DNA of 57,699 nucleotides from Bacteroides fragilis (GTDB lineage Bacteria; Pseudomonadota; Alphaproteobacteria; Rs-D84): NCBI GenBank assembly GCA_963630775.1, contig CAVGNU010000006.1, positions 1 to 57,699 of the forward strand, read 5' to 3'. Shown piece by piece: positions 53,179 to 57,699 of this stretch (position 1 is its first letter; each line of letters starts with the position of its first letter). The notes under the pieces were generated by a model. It saw only the letters and a program-made list of their open reading frames with translations, ran no database searches and was not told where the DNA came from. The position numbers and the translations under genes were made by a program.

Positions 53179-54729
53179 TTACAATTCGTCTGGAAATGCC
53201 GATGGGTCAATCTGTTCTGGCGCGCCAGCATCGTCTGGTGTTGGTACCTTGGTGTGGGCAGTATCGGAATAATCGTTTTCGCCACGGGCCTCTACTTCGT
53301 CCAGATTGTCAAATAAACTGTAATCGGCAAAGAATGCCGTGCGCACGGTTTCAGGACGGCCGTGACGATTTTTGCCGATAATTATATCGGCTTTACCGCG
53401 CGAGCGTTCCAAACGCTTTTGATACGATTCCTGAATGTTGGCATTGGTGTTGCCTGAAATACGTTGTGATGGATCGCGATTTTCCAAATAGTATTCTTCG
53501 CGGTACGTGAACATAACAATATCGGCGTCTTGTTCAATAGAGCCCGATTCACGCAAGTCCGCCAACTGTGGGCGTTTGTCATCGCGGTTTTCAACATTAC
53601 GTGATAATTGGGACAGGGCAATGACCGGCACATCTAATTCCTTGGCCAGCATTTTCAGCCCGCGGGTGATTTCAGAAATTTCCTGAACACGGTTGTCATT
53701 CTTGCGACCACCCGGCGACGTCATCAGTTGCAGATAGTCAATAACAATCAATGCAATCCCGCCACATTTGCGCGCCAAACGACGCGCGCGTGTGCGCATC
53801 ATTGGCACCGACATACCAGGGGTATCATCAATGTACAATGGTACACGGCCGATAGCGGCGGCGTACTGGGTCATTTTCAAGAATTCTTCGTCAGAAAAAG
53901 ATCCTTCGCGCATGGATGTTGCCGCAATCTTGGACTGTGATGACAGCACACGTGCTGCCAACTGTTCTTGGGACATTTCCAAACTGAAAAATACGACTGC
54001 ACCCTTGTACTGTTCATTGGCGCGACCCGATAAAATAGCATTTGCGGCATTAAACGCAATATTCATCGCCAGCGTTGTTTTCCCCATCGCTGGACGCCCC
54101 GCGATAATAATCAAATCACTGTGGTGCAGACCGCTGATGGATTTATCCAGCGCGTTCAAACCCGTTGTTAAACCAGACAATTTTCCGTCGGCCTTGTATG
54201 CGACCTCGGCCTCTCTCAGTGCGCCCGCCAATGCGGTTGCGATTGGTGCAACCTCGCGTCGGGTTTCGCCCGCCGATGCCAAGTTGAATAATTTCTGTTC
54301 GGCAACCTCTATCTGGGTGGTGACAGGGTTATCCAAATCCTCGACAAATGCGTTATCGGTAATTGATTGGCCCAGTTCAATCAGTTCGCGACGCAATGCG
54401 TTGTCATAGACGATGCGCGCATATTGTTCGACATTTACAACCGTCGCGCCCGCGCCCGCCAATTGGGTCAGGTAATCAACCCCACCAACGGATTCCAGCA
54501 CGCCCTGTTGATCCAGATAATTTTTCGCGGTGATGATATCAAACGGGATGCCGGCGGCAAATTGACGTTCTGCCAACTTGTAAATTTCTTGGTGCGCAGG
54601 GTGCGAAAAATGTTCCGCTTTCAAGAAATCAGAAATGCGTTCCAACGCGCGGTTATTCATCAGCACCGCGGCCAAGACGGCCTGTTCGGCCTCCAAATTT
54701 GTCGGTAAAGTTTTAGGGGTAAAATCCAT
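53179..54729 (-). CDS. dnaB: replicative DNA helicase DnaB
   Basis: 'LPTNLEAEQAVLAAVLMNN', Walker A 'IAGRPAMGKTTLAMN', 'VIDYLQLM', 'ISRGLKMLAKELDVPVIALSQLSR', 'RESGSIEQDADIVMF'. No intein. Start set at MDFTPKT (54729). Confidence 0.9.
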   Translation of the reverse strand: MDFTPKTLPTNLEAEQAVLAAVLMNNRALERISDFLKAEHFSHPAHQEIYKLAERQFAAGIPFDIITAKNYLDQQGVLESVGGVDYLTQLAGAGATVVNVEQYARIVYDNALRRELIELGQSITDNAFVEDLDNPVTTQIEVAEQKLFNLASAGETRREVAPIATALAGALREAEVAYKADGKLSGLTTGLNALDKSISGLHHSDLIIIAGRPAMGKTTLAMNIAFNAANAILSGRANEQYKGAVVFFSLEMSQEQLAARVLSSQSKIAATSMREGSFSDEEFLKMTQYAAAIGRVPLYIDDTPGMSVPMMRTRARRLARKCGGIALIVIDYLQLMTSPGGRKNDNRVQEISEITRGLKMLAKELDVPVIALSQLSRNVENRDDKRPQLADLRESGSIEQDADIVMFTYREEYYLENRDPSQRISGNTNANIQESYQKRLERSRGKADIIIGKNRHGRPETVRTAFFADYSLFDNLDEVEARGENDYSDTAHTKVPTPDDAGAPEQIDPSAFPDEL

Positions 54730-55573
54730 GTCTGATATAGTATCTAAAAATTTTGGTTTTTCAACGCCTTTTTTGCGCGGGTACAACGTATTGAAAATAC
54801 CAATAATTGATGCAACGGGTGCGTCTGCGTGGCCCGAATTATTCCCGCCCGCGCGCATTGCCGAATTACGCGATGCGGTCGGCCCACGTCATTTCGCATC
54901 CCAGATGTTATTACAGCCCGTCGCGCCGACGCGTGCACGCCTTGACCTTGGGGCATTGCAATTATACGACGATACGTTTGACGCGCGCACCGCGCAAATC
55001 GGCGCGCATAAAATTACAGGCGCGGCGGCATATTGGGATCCGTCCAGTGGACGTCGTGGCCGCGATGGCAGTGTGTGCGTAATCCTATATCGTGACGATG
55101 CATCACGTTGCATTTTTATTCACGATATTTTGTACATGACAGTGTCCGATGGCGACACGCATCCATTGGCGCACCAGTGCGACTGTGTACTGGAATTTTT
55201 GTCGCGATATAACATGCGTCGCATCACAATTGAAACAAATGGCATCGGAAATGCATTGCCAGAAATAATGCGCGACGCGGCAACCCGTGCCGGCATACCA
55301 ATCACAATCACGCGGATTACAAACAATCGGCCAAAGGTTGACAGAATCTTGGACGCAATAGAGCCGACATTGGCCGCTGGGCGATTGTATGCGCACCGCA
55401 AAATAACACAAACACCGTTTGTTGCTGAAATGATGGGTTGGTCACCGATTGGTACGGGCCACGACGATGGATTGGACGCGGTGGCGGGCGCAATTACAAT
55501 CGCACCAACCCCCGTGCGCCCCACGGGTCATGCACCCCGCGCATACACAGCAAACACGAATTTCAAGGTTTAA
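54728..55573 (+). pseudogene. terL: large terminase, distal ATPase-lid plus nuclease fragment
   Basis: 'KIPIIDATGASAWPELFPPARIAELRDAVGPRHFASQMLLQP', then acidic nuclease motifs 'AAYWDPSSG', 'ITIETNGIG' and 'GHDDGLDAVAGA'. The first ~15 codons are probably fortuitous (cassette-derived). Confidence 0.65.
54737..54764 (-). promoter_or_regulatory. candidate promoter giving a leaderless or near-leaderless dnaB mRNA
   Basis: Minus strand TTGAAA-16 nt-TACTAT-7 nt-ATG. There is no Shine-Dalgarno between the -10 box and the ATG. Confidence 0.4.
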
Positions 55574-55591
55574 CAAAACAAAGGAGCAAAC

Positions 55592-56815
55592 ATGCAAAAT
55601 AACTTGGAACAAATGTATCGGCGTGCACTGGACGTGCGTGCACCGTGGTTGGCACGATGGGACGCCGCAATGCGTTACACTATGCCGACATCGGACGCGG
55701 ACGCCGCAACACTGTTTGATGCAACCGCCGCCGATGCGGTGGACAATTTGGCGGCATCAATTTATTCATTGATGACACCACCAGAATCACTGTGGCTGAC
55801 ACTGATTCCGGAAAGTGACGCATCGCCCGATGCAGACGCTGCAACGGCGGCATTGCGTGCGAATCTGAACGATTCTAATTTCTATACCACAATTCACCAG
55901 TGCTATCTGGATTTGGTGATTCTGGGCACGGCATGCCTATTTATGTCAGAAACGCCAATCGGCGCATCATCGGCATTTTTGTTTACGGCCGTGCCAATGC
56001 GCGATATTGCGATTTTGCCAAACGCGGTATTTCATACCGCCACAATGCCAGCACGCGAAGTGTTGGAAAAATACCCAACATGGACACCGCCCGCCGACAT
56101 TGCCGACCAGATAAAGCGTGACCCCGCCGCGCCATTGCGGTTGGTGCAATCATTGGTTGGTACGGATTTTACTGCATGGTTGGATGTTGGCGGCGACATT
56201 GAAAATAATATCGTTGCGCGTGGCACATTTGAAACCAATCCATACATCATTTTCCGGTGGAGTGTGCTGAGTGGTGAACAATACGGCCGCGGGCCCGTCC
56301 TGCGCGCATTGCCAGATATCAAGACCGCGAACAAGGTTGTTGAATTGGTCTTGAAAAACGCGACTATCGCCGTTTCCGGCATATGGCAGGCCGACGATGA
56401 CGGTGTCATAAATCTGAACAACATCAATTTGACCCCTGGGGCAATTATACCAAAGGCCGTCGGGTCATCAGGTCTGACCCCACTGTCATCGGGCGCGGAT
56501 TTTGACGTGTCGCAAATAATATTAAAAGACCTGCGCGAACGGATTCGCCATGCGTTGTTGGCCGACCGGTTGGGGTTGCTGTCTGAAAAAGAAATGACCG
56601 CGACCGAAATTATGGCGCGCAATTCCGATATGATGCGAATCTTGGGCGCGACATATGGGCGACTGCTGCACGAATTTATTCGACCACTGACCGACCGCGG
56701 ATTACAGATTCTGTCCCGTCGCGGGGTGATTACGCCGATTGTACTGAACAGTGATGCAGAACTGAAATACATTGCGCCGATTGCCCAAATGGCGGTGGCG
56801 GAAAACCTGATTTAA
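55592..56815 (+). CDS. podovirus head-to-tail connector (portal) protein, T7 gp8 type
   Basis: 'YRRALDVRAPWLARWDAAMRYTMP...FDATAADAVDNLAASIYSLMTPPESLWLTL' fits the N-terminal pattern of the T7-type connector family. At 407 aa it is on the short side. Confidence 0.65.
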   Translation: MQNNLEQMYRRALDVRAPWLARWDAAMRYTMPTSDADAATLFDATAADAVDNLAASIYSLMTPPESLWLTLIPESDASPDADAATAALRANLNDSNFYTTIHQCYLDLVILGTACLFMSETPIGASSAFLFTAVPMRDIAILPNAVFHTATMPAREVLEKYPTWTPPADIADQIKRDPAAPLRLVQSLVGTDFTAWLDVGGDIENNIVARGTFETNPYIIFRWSVLSGEQYGRGPVLRALPDIKTANKVVELVLKNATIAVSGIWQADDDGVINLNNINLTPGAIIPKAVGSSGLTPLSSGADFDVSQIILKDLRERIRHALLADRLGLLSEKEMTATEIMARNSDMMRILGATYGRLLHEFIRPLTDRGLQILSRRGVITPIVLNSDAELKYIAPIAQMAVAENLI

Positions 56816-56827
56816 CCATGGGGGAAA

Positions 56828-57025
56828 ATGATGAACGAAATTGAACAAAACTATGCCCGCACATTTGCAACCACGGCGGGTGTGGCGGTACTGCAACATC
56901 TGCGCCGGATGACGATTGAACGCGTGCTGGGGCCGAATGCCACGGACGCCGAATTGCGCGGTCTGGAATCCCAGCGTGCATTGGTGCACATGATTGAAAA
57001 TATGATATCACGGGGGCGAAAATGA
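56828..57025 (+). CDS. small phage protein (Bbp19-like)
   Basis: 'FATTAGVAVLQHLRRMT....LESQRALVHMIENMI' resembles the small Bbp19-type proteins of BPP-1-like phages, from memory only. Confidence 0.4.
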   Translation: MMNEIEQNYARTFATTAGVAVLQHLRRMTIERVLGPNATDAELRGLESQRALVHMIENMISRGRK

Positions 57026-57282
57026 CACAGGAAACAAACACACTCGGCGGAATAATTGCAACCCTGCGCGACAGTTGGTTTTTAATCGCCTTTATCGGCG
57101 GCCTGATTTATTGGGTTGCCCGCCAAGATTCATCGCTGGCGGATATTCAACGCGCCGATACTCGCATTACAACATTGGAAAATCGCACGACGATACTGGA
57201 AACAGGTATCGGACAATTACAGATAAAATTGGACACAATTCGCGACGATGTATCACTGATAAAAACCGCAGTGATAAAATAA
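57022..57282 (+). CDS. small TM plus coiled-coil protein
   Basis: TM helix 'WFLIAFIGGLIYWV' followed by a heptad-like 'ITTLENRTTILETGIGQLQIKLDTI'. Confidence 0.45.
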   Translation: MTQETNTLGGIIATLRDSWFLIAFIGGLIYWVARQDSSLADIQRADTRITTLENRTTILETGIGQLQIKLDTIRDDVSLIKTAVIK

Positions 57283-57308
57283 AAACGGGGCAAACGCCCC
57301 GTTTCTTT
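57281..57308. terminator. bidirectional hairpin terminator
   Basis: AAAAACGGGGC-aaac-GCCCCGTTTCTTT. Confidence 0.75.
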
Positions 57309-57309
57309 A

Positions 57310-57462
57310 TTAGCGGCAACCACCTGTTGCATTACCAATCAATTTGGAGATAGAAATATCTTTGTGCAGCAAGAAATCGTATTCGCAATTACCAGATTTG
57401 TAAGAACCTGTGCAAGCGGCCAATGTCAAAACGGCAAACAGTGCCAACATAACTTTTTTCAT
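57310..57462 (-). CDS. small lipoprotein (50 aa)
   Basis: AAGGAGAAAC Shine-Dalgarno and lipobox 'LTLAAC'. Start set at MKKVMLAL (57462). Confidence 0.65.
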   Translation of the reverse strand: MKKVMLALFAVLTLAACTGSYKSGNCEYDFLLHKDISISKLIGNATGGCR

Positions 57463-57493
57463 GGTTTCTCCTTTTTTCCAAAAGTTCACGGAA

Positions 57494-57522
57494 ATTATAC
57501 AGGACCATATTCCCAAATGCAA
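57494..57522 (-). promoter_or_regulatory. near-consensus sigma70 promoter of the small lipoprotein gene
   Basis: Minus strand TTGCAT-17 nt-TATAAT. Confidence 0.6.
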
Positions 57523-57599
57523 TACAAAAAACAGTAAAAAAACGGTTGACATCCCCCGCTATAAATTGTGAATCAAGACCACCCCCCCCCTGCGGGTAC

Positions 57600-57699
57600 T
57601 CTTCCATAAGAGGAGAACTTGCTACGTTCTTGCCACGGCCTAAGTTCCCCTCCATTGGAGGGGTGTCCGCAGGACGGGGTGGTCGAGAGAGCGCGTAAT
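57600..57699. repeat. palindromic intergenic repeat unit (same family as 40455-40520)
   Basis: GGAGAACTTGCTACGTTCTTGCCACGGCCTAAGTTCCCCTCC compared with GGGGAACTTGCTACGTTTTTGTCGCGGGCTAAGTTCTCCTCC. Confidence 0.75.

Larger units (their letters stand above)
47592..57282 (+). mobile_element. degraded, rearranged, tail-less podovirus-like prophage remnant (head/packaging module)
   Basis: Contains a cell-wall hydrolase, scaffold-like protein, capsid-like protein, truncated T7 gp11-like adaptor, split large terminase, T7 gp8-type portal and a Bbp19-like small protein. No integrase, tail tube B, internal core or fibre genes are in the window. Confidence 0.7.

Noticed and set aside
53179..55573. An intein or split-intein explanation for the interrupted terminase, and for DnaB, which is a frequent intein host.
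   Set aside because: DnaB is continuous with no extra domain. The terminase fragments lack intein N/C-terminal blocks, and the intervening DNA is on the opposite strand.
57582..57590. A C9 homopolymer upstream of the small lipoprotein gene, considered as a second phase-variation tract.
   Set aside because: It lies about 60 nt upstream of the -35 box and inside a repeat-family unit. It is neither in an ORF nor between the -35 and -10 boxes, so a switch function is unsupported.

Overview
This 57.7-kb chromosomal segment reads like an alphaproteobacterium (inferred from LpxI, LptE-HolA, DUF4164-ZapA, HTH-less BirA and paired Omp25-like barrels).

**Housekeeping content:** glyQS, lgt, map, radC, parC, gap, miaA, priA, rpmG, lpxI, birA, nrdDG and four tRNAs.

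**Accessory content:**
- Surface-glycan genes: a bacterial GT6 with an NXN motif, a GT92-like gene carrying a C12 tract, and an APH-like kinase.
- Two paralogous Cys-rich secreted repeat proteins.
- An orphan VirB11-like ATPase.
- Several operons of unknown membrane or secreted proteins.
- A mosaic family of palindromic intergenic repeats.
- A rearranged, tail-less podovirus-like (T7/BPP-1-type) head and packaging module at 47.6-57.3 kb.

**Signals I rank highest:**
1. Three copies of a structured 5' leader of about 170-230 nt. Each has its own promoter, hairpins that covary between copies, and mutually exclusive antiterminator and terminator pairings. They sit upstream of the two Cys-rich proteins and an XRE regulator, and I could not match them to a known riboswitch class.
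2. The prophage large-terminase gene is interrupted by a 3.3-kb opposite-strand cassette encoding a complete DnaB helicase, a dual-HTH/LexA-like regulator and an unknown protein.
3. The class III ribonucleotide reductase is split, so its glycyl-radical domain is a separate 61-aa cistron with its own Shine-Dalgarno.
4. A promoter-to-terminator sRNA candidate rich in CU (anti-SD) motifs.
5. A strong promoter followed by two intrinsic terminators in front of the phage block.

All calls come from reading the sequence and ORF translations by eye. No database search was run.
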